Positions 9,670 to 18,195 of a stretch of DNA of 64,000 nt are shown piece after piece. The first letter of the stretch is position 1. The number at the start of each line of letters is the position of its first letter. Below the pieces are notes generated by a model. It was not told the DNA's origin, made no database searches, and worked only from the letters and a program-made list of their open reading frames with translations. Source of the DNA: a virus (Duplodnaviria; Caudoviricetes); the IMG/VR virus record IMGVR_UViG_3300025580_000012, positions 7,475-71,474 of that record. One strand, written 5' to 3'. Position numbers and translations under genes: made by a program.

Positions 9670-10784
9670 GGATCCTCGCGTTCGCCGACTTCCACTACTG
9701 CCAGACCTGGCCCCTCCTCGAACTCGCCGACTTCGAGCGGGTCGGCTATCGCCTCTGCCAGTACGCCATCGAGCACCGCCCGGACGTCGTCCTGTTCCTG
9801 GGCGACCGCTTTCGCGCCCGGCAGCCCAAGGATCACATCCGCGCCCTTGCCGACCGTCAGCTCCGCGAGATGGCCGACATCCAGCGGCGGCACAGCGGCC
9901 AGCTCGTCTGCCTGGTCGGCAACCACGACCGCTACTCCGAGTCGGTCGACGCGGGCAACACGTACACGACCGTCGGGATCTTCCGCGACGTCCTCCCGAA
10001 CGTGCAGGTCATCGACAAGCCCGGCAGCTACCCGTTCAGCCAGACGCGTGACCCGTGGGTCCTGCATGCGCTGCCCGCCGGCTTCCAGTACGACGCCAGC
10101 AAGTTCTTGGTGGAGCCGGGTCGAGGGTTCAACGTGTTCGCGTTCCACGGGCTCGTACGGGGCGGCTGCTTCGATGCCAAGGGGTTGGTCGAGATCGACG
10201 AGGGGGTCGTGTCGCTCGCCGACCTCGACGACCCCCGCTGGGACGTGGTGCTCGGCGGTGATGTCCACATCCCCCAGAAGTTCCGATTGACCCGGACGAC
10301 CGGCGGCTACGTGGGCGCGACCATGCGGCTCACCGAGGCAGACGCGGATGACTGGCGCGGCTTCCTCGACGTCAAGCTCCACAACGCTCACGGCACCTCG
10401 ATCGAGGTCACGCGCGTGGAGGGGGGTGGTCCCTGGTTCGCGACCGTTCCGCTCACGACTAACCCAAACGAGTGGCCCGACCCCGCCAAGTACGTGGGTT
10501 CGATCGTCATCGCGACGATCAAGGGGCGGGCCGTCGAGTTGCGCGGCATCCCAGATGCACGCGTCCGCCTCCACTTCGAGGGGGCGAGGAAGGTCCGGGT
10601 CCACCGCCGCTTCGACCACGAGGTCCCCGCTTTCATCCCGACGATCACGGCCTCCTCCACTCCCATCGACGACGCCGTCTCCTACATCCGGAGCACGTCG
10701 AGCGGGTTCGACGAGGCCCGCCTGGTCGCCAAGGCCCACACGGCCCTCGGCGCCGAACCGGTCAGCAAGGGAGGGCTGTTCTGA
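9666..10784 (+). CDS. sbcD: SbcD/Mre11 (gp47-like) metallophosphoesterase nuclease
   Basis: ADFH, FLGDRF, VGNHD, FAFHG, GGDVH motifs; YVGA. Confidence 0.9.
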   Translation: MRILAFADFHYCQTWPLLELADFERVGYRLCQYAIEHRPDVVLFLGDRFRARQPKDHIRALADRQLREMADIQRRHSGQLVCLVGNHDRYSESVDAGNTYTTVGIFRDVLPNVQVIDKPGSYPFSQTRDPWVLHALPAGFQYDASKFLVEPGRGFNVFAFHGLVRGGCFDAKGLVEIDEGVVSLADLDDPRWDVVLGGDVHIPQKFRLTRTTGGYVGATMRLTEADADDWRGFLDVKLHNAHGTSIEVTRVEGGGPWFATVPLTTNPNEWPDPAKYVGSIVIATIKGRAVELRGIPDARVRLHFEGARKVRVHRRFDHEVPAFIPTITASSTPIDDAVSYIRSTSSGFDEARLVAKAHTALGAEPVSKGGLF

Positions 10785-11014
10785 TGATGACGCAGCAGAT
10801 GGGTCGGGCGACATGGGCGTGGACGTCGCCGAGGACCGGAGCTTCGTACGCGTTGACCGAGCGGGATGACGGCTGCTTCGACCTGACCATCCGGACCGCC
10901 GGGTCGGTCAACACGACCGCCAGCCTCGTCCTTCACGTCGAGACCGTCGAGGACTTGGCCGACACGTTCGGTCAGGCGGCCGCGCGAGCGAAGGAACGGG
11001 CGGCCGATCGCTGA
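10784..11014 (+). CDS. Hypothetical protein
   Basis: Fills the gap between sbcD and the exonuclease with TGATG overlaps. Confidence 0.55.
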   Translation: MMTQQMGRATWAWTSPRTGASYALTERDDGCFDLTIRTAGSVNTTASLVLHVETVEDLADTFGQAAARAKERAADR

Positions 11015-11655
11015 TGGCCCACTGGATCCACCACGTCCCCTTGGTCGTCATCGACACGGAGACGACCGGACTGTCCTGGCACCGGGATGGGATCGCCGAG
11101 TTGGCGGCCGTGCTGCTCGACGGCGGAGTCATGACGGCCGAGCACGTCTGGCTCATCGACCCGGGCGTCCCCTTCAGCCCGGAGGCGGCGGCTGCATCGG
11201 GCTTGACGGCCGCGATGGTGCATGGACGACCGACGTTCGCGGAGGTCGCCTGTGATGCGATGGAGATGCTGGCCGGGCGTCACCCCGTCGCCTACAACGA
11301 GGTGTTCGACCGCTCATTCTTGCAGGGCCACGTCCGGCGGTACCTGTCGCCCGAACTCGAACGGATCTTCCGCGAGCGTGTCCCTGCCCTCCGCTACGAG
11401 GTCGACTGGGTCGACGTCCTCGTGTGGGCCCGTGAGCTGCTCGGCGGTCTACCGGACCGTAAGCTCGGGACGGTGGCGGCCCACCTGGGCGTCCCGCTCG
11501 TCAACCAGCACTGCGCCCTCGCCGATGCCAAGCGAGCGGCCGAGATCCTCATCCGGTTGGCCGATCGGATCCCGGACGACTTCGACGTCATGATGGCCGC
11601 CCAGAAGGCGGCGAACAGCCGGCAGGCCGCCGTGCGGGCGAGGAGGGACTGGTGA
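11014..11655 (+). CDS. DEDDh 3'-5' exonuclease (DnaQ/epsilon-like)
   Basis: VIDTETTG, AYNEVFDRSFL, HCALADA. Confidence 0.92.
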   Translation: MAHWIHHVPLVVIDTETTGLSWHRDGIAELAAVLLDGGVMTAEHVWLIDPGVPFSPEAAAASGLTAAMVHGRPTFAEVACDAMEMLAGRHPVAYNEVFDRSFLQGHVRRYLSPELERIFRERVPALRYEVDWVDVLVWARELLGGLPDRKLGTVAAHLGVPLVNQHCALADAKRAAEILIRLADRIPDDFDVMMAAQKAANSRQAAVRARRDW

Positions 11656-12407
11656 GTACGATCGTACTGTTCGGTGTGAAGGGGTCCGGCAAGGACACGG
11701 TCGGCGACATCCTGGTCGCGAACCACGGGTACGCAAAGGACTCGTTTGCCGCCCCCATCAAGCAGATGGTGCGGATCGCGTTTCCGAAGTTGACCGACGA
11801 AGACCTCTTCGGGCCGAGCGAGAAACGGGAGCGCCAGGAGCCTAGCTATCCGATAGGAGGCGTGTGCCTGAGCTGCGGCATGGGGATGGGGGCATTGCGG
11901 CGGCCCGACGGTGTAGAACCTATAGGGGGACACTACCCTTGGGCGTGTACTCGACTCCTAAACGACGGCACTTACTGTCCAACCGAGTACCCTCCTTATC
12001 TCAACGCCCGTATTGCTCTCCAGACCCTTGGAACTGAGTGGGGCCGGAGGCTCTACCGGAACGTCTGGGTCGATAGCGCGTTCGAGCGGATCGCGGACCG
12101 GGCGTACGCCTACGAGGTCGCCCAGATCGATCCGTTTCCGACCCTCGCCCCGCCTGTCGTCATCACGGACGGTCGGTTCCGGAACGAGTTGTGGCGGTCC
12201 AAGGAGCTGGGGGCGTTCTGCGTGAAGCTGACGCGCGGGCTCGCCGAGTCGACCTCGATGCACCCGAGCGAACAGGAGTTCCGCGAGATCCCCGACAGCG
12301 CGTTCGACAGCATCCTCGACAATGCCAACATCCCGCTCGACCGGATGGACGAAGCGGTCAGCCGGATGCTGGCCTACATGAACGCCGGCCCCCACGTGCA
12401 GGAATGA
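11652..12407 (+). CDS. Deoxynucleoside monophosphate kinase
   Basis: GVKGSGKDT, SFAAPIK, RIALQTLGTEWGR, VVITDGRFRNE, HPSE. Confidence 0.92.
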   Translation: MSTIVLFGVKGSGKDTVGDILVANHGYAKDSFAAPIKQMVRIAFPKLTDEDLFGPSEKRERQEPSYPIGGVCLSCGMGMGALRRPDGVEPIGGHYPWACTRLLNDGTYCPTEYPPYLNARIALQTLGTEWGRRLYRNVWVDSAFERIADRAYAYEVAQIDPFPTLAPPVVITDGRFRNELWRSKELGAFCVKLTRGLAESTSMHPSEQEFREIPDSAFDSILDNANIPLDRMDEAVSRMLAYMNAGPHVQE

Positions 12408-14515
12408 GGCTCCTGCGCGTCAACCCGACCGGCTTCTTCGCGTACGGCGAGCACGACTACATCACGCTCGCCGGCCAGGGGATCGTCCTGCTCCAGGGGC
12501 CGGTGGGGGCGGGGAAGTCGAGCCTGTTTGACACGATCTGCGAAGTCCTGTTCGGTACGTCGCCCAAGCGGGACGGCGCCGCTGATGTGACGGAGAACGA
12601 CGTCGTCAACAAGACGCTCGGCAAGGCGTTCGGGGTCGTCGAGTTCGAGCAGGCCGCCTACCACTACCGGGTCGCCTACCTCCGCAACTGGGATGGCCCC
12701 GGCCTCCTGGTAGGTCCGTCCGCCCAGGAGGCGGCCGGCGGGTATGCGGGGACGACCGTCTACTTCGAGTGGTGGAACGGGACGGAGTGGATCCAGAAGG
12801 GTCCGGACAGCCGGGACCTCCGGATGGCTCGCATGTCCGACACGTGGCGGCGAGTCGTCGAGGTGGCGGGCGTCGACTACGGGACGTTCTGCAACGCCTG
12901 CTACGTCGCCCAGGACCAGGCCCTCGCCTTCATCCGCGGGAAGGACTCGGACCGCGAGGAGATCCTCACCCGGCTCATGCGACTCGACTGCTACGACGAT
13001 GCCGAGACGCGTGCCAAGGAGCAGGCCGCCATCCTCCGCCAGCAGGCCGCCACTATCCAATCGGCCATCGCGACCCTCTCGATCCAGGAGAACGGGATCG
13101 TCATCGGCGACATCGAGGCTGCTCGCGCGAGGGTCAAGGGGGCGGCCGACCAGATCGAGACGATCGACGCTTTGATCCGGGACCACGACCGCCAGATCGA
13201 GGCGGTCCGCACCGTCGCCGATGCCCACATGGCGGCTGCTGGGCAAGCGAACGAGCAGGTCACCGCCATCATCCAGCGCATCCACGCCAAGACCCTGGAG
13301 GTCCAGACCCTCCAGTCCGAGATGCAACGAGCTAAGGATCTGGCTCGCACGAGGATCGCCGCCCTCCCCACCACCACCCCGGAGTTGGATCGACTCCGCC
13401 AGGCCCTCGCCAACGCAAACGCGTTGGCCGCTTCCGAGAACCTCCGGCTGACCGGCATGCTGCCGGGCGCGGGCAAGTGCCCATCATGCGGGAGCGTCCT
13501 GGATGACAAGACGCTCGCGCGCCACAAGGACGAACAGGCCGACCTCGTCCGGGCGGCGCTCGGGGGTGTGGACGTTGCCGAGCGGATGGTTGCCGGCGAG
13601 TTGGCCATCATCGAGCAGACCCGCGTCGACCAGACGGCCCGCATCCAGGCCGAGGTCGCCGCCACCGTCGAGGGGACGGAGGCGGCCATCAAGCAGATCA
13701 TGACCGACGTGCTCGGCTTGGAGGCCGAGAAGGCCAACCTGACCGCCACCGCCCAGCACCACCAGAAGGAGGCGGGCAACAGTCAGGCGGCGGGCCTGAC
13801 GGCGGCACGCAACAAGATGGTCGAGGACCGCCGCCGCTGGGAGACCGAGCAGGCCGACGCGAAGGCGGCTGTCACGCTCTACGAGTCCCGCCAGGCCGAC
13901 CGCGATCGGATCGCCGCCCAACGGGTCGACCGCGAACACCAGCTCGCTCAGGTCAACCTGGACGGCCAGGAGTGGGGGTGGCTGGCCAAGCACTTCCCGC
14001 GCATCAAGCAGATGAAGTTCGCGACGGGTTCCACGTTCCTGAACGACGCGCTCGCCCGCCACCTCGACTGCCTGACGGGTGGGTCGACCCGGGTGGTCAT
14101 CAACCCGTTCCGCCTCAAGAAAGAGGCGGTCAAGAAGAAGGCGGCCGACCTGACTGCCGACGACTACATCTTCAAGTTCGAGATGGCCGTCGAGGAGGCA
14201 CGCAAGACGGGGGTGCCGATCCGCCTGTACTCGGGGGGTGAGAAGGAGCGGATCGTCCTCGCTCTCATCTGCTCGTTCTGGGAGTTGGCGGCCAGCCAGG
14301 GGTCCGGTACCAACCTCCTCTTGCTCGACGAGGCCGCCACCTACATGGACGAGCGGTCGATCGAGGGGGTCGTGCGGTTCTGCGAGCGCATCCGGGAAAC
14401 GGTTGACACAGTCGTGCTAGTCGGGCATGACCAGGCTCTATCGTCGCTCCTGACCGCCGACGCCGTCTGGACGGCTACCAAGAGGGACGACGACACGACC
14501 GTCATCGAGGGGTAG
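12404..14515 (+). CDS. sbcC: SbcC/Rad50 (gp46-like) ABC ATPase
   Basis: Walker A GPVGAGKSS; long coiled coil with Zn hook CPSC; signature YSGGEKERI; Walker B LLLLDE; H-loop VGH. Confidence 0.93.
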   Translation: MRLLRVNPTGFFAYGEHDYITLAGQGIVLLQGPVGAGKSSLFDTICEVLFGTSPKRDGAADVTENDVVNKTLGKAFGVVEFEQAAYHYRVAYLRNWDGPGLLVGPSAQEAAGGYAGTTVYFEWWNGTEWIQKGPDSRDLRMARMSDTWRRVVEVAGVDYGTFCNACYVAQDQALAFIRGKDSDREEILTRLMRLDCYDDAETRAKEQAAILRQQAATIQSAIATLSIQENGIVIGDIEAARARVKGAADQIETIDALIRDHDRQIEAVRTVADAHMAAAGQANEQVTAIIQRIHAKTLEVQTLQSEMQRAKDLARTRIAALPTTTPELDRLRQALANANALAASENLRLTGMLPGAGKCPSCGSVLDDKTLARHKDEQADLVRAALGGVDVAERMVAGELAIIEQTRVDQTARIQAEVAATVEGTEAAIKQIMTDVLGLEAEKANLTATAQHHQKEAGNSQAAGLTAARNKMVEDRRRWETEQADAKAAVTLYESRQADRDRIAAQRVDREHQLAQVNLDGQEWGWLAKHFPRIKQMKFATGSTFLNDALARHLDCLTGGSTRVVINPFRLKKEAVKKKAADLTADDYIFKFEMAVEEARKTGVPIRLYSGGEKERIVLALICSFWELAASQGSGTNLLLLDEAATYMDERSIEGVVRFCERIRETVDTVVLVGHDQALSSLLTADAVWTATKRDDDTTVIEG

Positions 14516-14518
14516 CGC

Positions 14519-14797
14519 ATGAAGATCCAACCCGTTCGCGTCGCCTTCCTGGACCCGGCGACCAAGAAGCCGACCGGCCTCGACCTCTTTGGTGACGCCA
14601 AGGCCATCCAGCAGCGGTACGGCCGGTCCGTACACGCCAAGGCGGTCGACCAGGCGCTCGACATCTACGAGGCTCAGATGAAGAAGGGGGTCGTCTACTA
14701 CGACACCAGGCGGGTCAACCCGCCCGTCATCCTGCACGACCGGGCCGCCCTCCTCCAGACGTTCTACCGGGACGGGCAGATCGGGCGGCCGGCGTGA
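14519..14797 (+). CDS. Hypothetical protein
   Basis: GC3-rich ORF between sbcC and the resolvase. Confidence 0.6.
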   Translation: MKIQPVRVAFLDPATKKPTGLDLFGDAKAIQQRYGRSVHAKAVDQALDIYEAQMKKGVVYYDTRRVNPPVILHDRAALLQTFYRDGQIGRPA

Positions 14798-15351
14798 AGG
14801 ACCCCAAGCGGGTGGCGGCCGGCAAGCGGTCCAAGCGGAAGGGCAACTCGAACGAGCGGGAGGTCGCCAAGATGCTGGCGGCCTGGTGGGGGTCGGGCGA
14901 GTGGATGCGGACCCCTTCGTCCGGGGGGTGGGGGCGGTCCAAGCAAGTCCGAGACGACTTCAACGCGGCCGGCGACATCGTCACCACCGCAACCGATTTC
15001 CCCTTCTGCGTCGAGGTCAAGAGCGAAGAGGGTTGGGAACTCGAACAACTGCTGAGGAGCCCAGAAAAATGTCCGATCGCGAAGTGGTGGAAGCAGGCGG
15101 TGGACGAGACGCCGGAGGGGAAGCACCCGCTCCTCCTGTTCACCAGGAAGATGCGGCCGTGGTTCGTGATGGCGATCCCGCCCCTGTACCCGATTCTGAC
15201 GGAGCCGACGTGGCAGGTGTGGGTGCCGCAGACGGGACGGGTGTGCCTGACGTTGGCGTCCAGCCTGATGGCGATCCCGAAGGCCACCATCATGATGGCG
15301 TGGGGGATGCCGTCGATGCCGACGATTCCGATGAGGACGGGGATGCCGTAG
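14794..15351 (+). CDS. Holliday junction resolvase, Hjc-like PD-(D/E)xK
   Basis: SKRKGNSNEREVAK, AGDI, FCVEVK, PLLLF pattern. Confidence 0.8.
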   Translation: MKDPKRVAAGKRSKRKGNSNEREVAKMLAAWWGSGEWMRTPSSGGWGRSKQVRDDFNAAGDIVTTATDFPFCVEVKSEEGWELEQLLRSPEKCPIAKWWKQAVDETPEGKHPLLLFTRKMRPWFVMAIPPLYPILTEPTWQVWVPQTGRVCLTLASSLMAIPKATIMMAWGMPSMPTIPMRTGMP

Positions 15352-16652
15352 CTGAGCGGGACTGGGGGGCCGACCTCGAACTGGTCGACTGCTGGGCGCG
15401 CCCGAAGGCCACCCCACACGCCCTGACGGTCAAGATCGCGAAGGACGTGCTGGACGACCGGTTCGCTGCCTACTACTGGGCCAACCGCGCCATCATGTAC
15501 AACGCCATCCTCCAGGCGGCCAACGGGGTGGGCGACATCTCGGCCAAGCAGCGCAACGCCGCCGTCCAGACGATCCGGAAGTTCCGCAAGGGCAAGCTGC
15601 CGGCCAGTGCGGTCGAGATGGTGCTGGGCGGCAAGCTCCACGTCTACGAGGACGTCATCAACTCGCTGCTCAAGCGGCTGGTCGTCGAGCGCAACGGGCG
15701 CGACGCCCTCTACTTCTTCGACGTCGACCTCAAGGAGGCGGCCGCCACCGACGAGACGGCCGCCCACTACATCCTGTCGGCCGGCTACTTCCTGTACCCC
15801 GAGGTCTACGGGGTTGCCGACGACTTCGACGTCAAGGTGATCGAGCCGACCGTCGTGACCCGCACGCCCGCCGAGCTGGAGGCGTTCGTCGACGAGCGGC
15901 TCAAGGTGCTCATTCGCGTTCCGGCGCTCGGCGCCAAGAAGGACGGACCCGTCGAGCCGGGCGATGCCGTGATGGTCGCGAGCCTGACGGCTGTTCGGGG
16001 TGGGCGGAGGTGGGAGCAGGGCTGCGCCCGCAACCTCACCCTCTACACGACCATGACGGAGCCGTCTCCCGACGACATCATTCCGAGGCCGAACGTGGGG
16101 GCCTGGCCGGCCAGCACGCAGTACGCCGACCAGCTCATCGGCGCGTCCGCGAAGGACCGGAAGGTCTTGACGGTCGAGATCGATGGGGTCAAGACCGACC
16201 TCCACATCCACATCGACACCGTCCACGCCGCCGTCCTCTCCGATCCCGATTCCATCGCCAAGCGGTACGGCTACCCGAACGTCAAGGTGTGGCGTGACCG
16301 CCTCCTCCGGATGGCCGAGGCGAACGAGGAGCGGATCGAGCGCGATGCGATCAAGCGCAGCATCGTCGACGCGATGGCCAAGTACGACGTGACGTTCGAG
16401 CCCTTCCCCGACTACTGGGCCGTCCGTCACATCGAGAAGCTGCGGGCGAGCGGGTTCCAGGGGAGCGACCCCCACCTCGCCAACGAGGTGCTCCGCGTCT
16501 TCCACGAGACCGTCTTGCTCCGCGAGTACGCCCGGAGGATCGGAGTCGCCCCCGAACCCGACGCCGTCATCAACTGGGCCCTCCAGAACCTCAAGATCGA
16601 GAGGGTCACGACCGAGTCGAACAAGGCGCTTGCCGAGGAGGAATCGAAGTGA
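15300..16652 (+). CDS. tig: Trigger factor homologue (ribosome-binding N domain, degenerate FKBP-like domain, C domain)
   Basis: LTVKIAKDVLDDRF; signature-like KFRKGKLP at 15579-15602; VYEDVINSLL; GPVEPGDAV; DQLIGASA; IAKRYG; IKRSIVDAM. Domain order matches trigger factor. Start uncertain (GTG at 15300 chosen). Confidence 0.72.
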   Translation: MGDAVDADDSDEDGDAVAERDWGADLELVDCWARPKATPHALTVKIAKDVLDDRFAAYYWANRAIMYNAILQAANGVGDISAKQRNAAVQTIRKFRKGKLPASAVEMVLGGKLHVYEDVINSLLKRLVVERNGRDALYFFDVDLKEAAATDETAAHYILSAGYFLYPEVYGVADDFDVKVIEPTVVTRTPAELEAFVDERLKVLIRVPALGAKKDGPVEPGDAVMVASLTAVRGGRRWEQGCARNLTLYTTMTEPSPDDIIPRPNVGAWPASTQYADQLIGASAKDRKVLTVEIDGVKTDLHIHIDTVHAAVLSDPDSIAKRYGYPNVKVWRDRLLRMAEANEERIERDAIKRSIVDAMAKYDVTFEPFPDYWAVRHIEKLRASGFQGSDPHLANEVLRVFHETVLLREYARRIGVAPEPDAVINWALQNLKIERVTTESNKALAEEESK

Positions 16653-16930
16653 AGATCAAGCCGCTGTACGACCGCGTTCTTGTCGCCAGGCGGGCCCCTG
16701 ACGAGAAGGTGGGGAGCCTGTTCATCCCGCCGTCGGCGACCAACAAGTCCCAGCAGGCCGTCGTGATGGCGGTTGGGCCTGGCCACATGCGAGGGGAGGA
16801 GCGTGTCCCCCTCACCGTCAAGGTCGGGGACGTCGTGGTGCTCGGCGACTACACCGGCGTCGATGTCGCGCTCGACGGCGAGAAGTTTGTCATGATCCGC
16901 GAGGCCGACATCCTCTGCATCGTGGAGTGA
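16649..16930 (+). CDS. groES: Co-chaperonin GroES
   Basis: KIKPLYDRVLV, LFIP, VMAVGPG, VKVGDVV, DGEKFVMIREADIL. Confidence 0.96.
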   Translation: MKIKPLYDRVLVARRAPDEKVGSLFIPPSATNKSQQAVVMAVGPGHMRGEERVPLTVKVGDVVVLGDYTGVDVALDGEKFVMIREADILCIVE

Positions 16931-16933
16931 TGG

Positions 16934-17665
16934 GTGGGGATGGTCGCTTCGGCTGCACGGCTCTGCCGGACGGAAGGGTGTAGCAACCCCCCGTCCGGCA
17001 AGAACCACGCGTACTGTCGGGCATGCCGACGGGCCCGCCGTACCCAGGAGTTCGCGGCCCGCTGCCTGACGCCCGGTTGCGGCGCCCGCTTCATCATGCG
17101 GGCCACCTCGCTGGTCGCCCTCAAGAACAAGCCGGACAAGTTCTGCCCGACCTGCCGGGACAAGTTCGGGGGCCGTCTCCGCGCCCTCCAGCTTCAGGCG
17201 GAGCGCAACGACGACATCACATCCATCATCATCCAGGCGGGCCGGGAGGCATTCGACTGGTCGTCGAACGCGGAGGGCCGGGACGTGCTCGCCCGCTTCG
17301 AGGCGGCCCTGGGGGTCACGTACCACACGCTGCACGACTGGCTCGCCTTCTTCTTCGGGATGACGTGGCCGGACTGGAAGCGGAAGTACGTGTGCGCGGC
17401 GCATGCGTGTTCGATCGTGGACGTCTCGACGATCACACGTGGTGGGCGGCCCAAGTATTACGTGGTCGACAAGTTCCGGACGAAGGGGATCTGCTCGTGC
17501 CCGATCCGCGGCGACGCCCTCATCCTTGTCGATCGACCCCGCGGCGAGCTGACCGCTGATGCACTGGCCGACCGGTTCCCGAAGTCGACCCGCTGGACCA
17601 AGCAGCTCGTCGTCATCGACGGCTCCCACCTTGACCGGCTCGCTGACCAGGAGGACGACACATGA
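16934..17665 (+). CDS. Hypothetical protein with N-terminal Cys-rich zinc fingers
   Basis: CRTEGC..YCRAC, CLTPGC..FCPTC. Confidence 0.65.
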   Translation: MGMVASAARLCRTEGCSNPPSGKNHAYCRACRRARRTQEFAARCLTPGCGARFIMRATSLVALKNKPDKFCPTCRDKFGGRLRALQLQAERNDDITSIIIQAGREAFDWSSNAEGRDVLARFEAALGVTYHTLHDWLAFFFGMTWPDWKRKYVCAAHACSIVDVSTITRGGRPKYYVVDKFRTKGICSCPIRGDALILVDRPRGELTADALADRFPKSTRWTKQLVVIDGSHLDRLADQEDDT

Positions 17666-17934
17666 TGCGGGTCCGGATCGTCCGTTCGCACCGCCCGGAC
17701 TCCTGGACCCGCCACTTCATCGGTGAGGTCGTCTGGGTCGAGACGAAGGAGCCGCACATCGAGCTGGCCGCCATCTACGGGAGCCCTTGGGCCGAGACGG
17801 AGGTGCTGGGCTGGGACGTCGCGATGGAAATGCTCACCCCCGAGCAGTACATCCGGTTCTGCCGCCTCACCGACAACGTGACGTTCGGAGTCCTGTTCCT
17901 GCCGGAGGAGTGCTGCGAGGTCGTCCGCGACTAG
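17662..17934 (+). CDS. Hypothetical protein
   Basis: ATGA overlap with the previous gene. Confidence 0.6.
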   Translation: MMRVRIVRSHRPDSWTRHFIGEVVWVETKEPHIELAAIYGSPWAETEVLGWDVAMEMLTPEQYIRFCRLTDNVTFGVLFLPEECCEVVRD

Positions 17935-17942
17935 GACTTGGG

Positions 17943-17959
17943 CCGCTTCTATTATTCCG
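17943..17959 (+). promoter_or_regulatory. Candidate phage late-promoter motif CCGCTTCTAWWATTCCG, copy 1
   Basis: 15/17 identical to 19966-19982; intergenic, at the boundary between replication and virion genes. Confidence 0.5.
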
Positions 17960-17991
17960 CACCAAACTGCGCTATCGTGCAATCCTCACGG

Positions 17992-18195
17992 ATGGATCGC
18001 ACCATCTACGACAACCCGCTCAACCGCACCGCCATCGGCGGTGCCGTCAGGTTGCTCAAGCGGATGGCCGTCGATGCAGTCGATCCAGACCTCGCCAAGC
18101 TGATCAAGCAGGTCGAGGACCACATCAGCAAGAAGGATGACGACCATGTCGCAGAAGCTCGGCCTTTCGGAAGACGGGTTCGCGCGCATCGCTGA
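17992..18195 (+). CDS. Small hypothetical protein
   Basis: GC3-rich helical ORF after the putative promoter; overlaps the start of the next gene by about 50 nt. Confidence 0.5.
   Translation: MDRTIYDNPLNRTAIGGAVRLLKRMAVDAVDPDLAKLIKQVEDHISKKDDDHVAEARPFGRRVRAHR

Noticed and set aside
14403-14431. TTGACA inside the sbcC 3' end with atypical codons
   Set aside because: No acceptable -10 at 16-18 nt (CATGAC); left as unsupported
14886-15299. N-terminal extension of the trigger-factor ORF as given in the ORF track
   Set aside because: Overlaps the resolvase in another frame; trigger-factor similarity begins only around 15380
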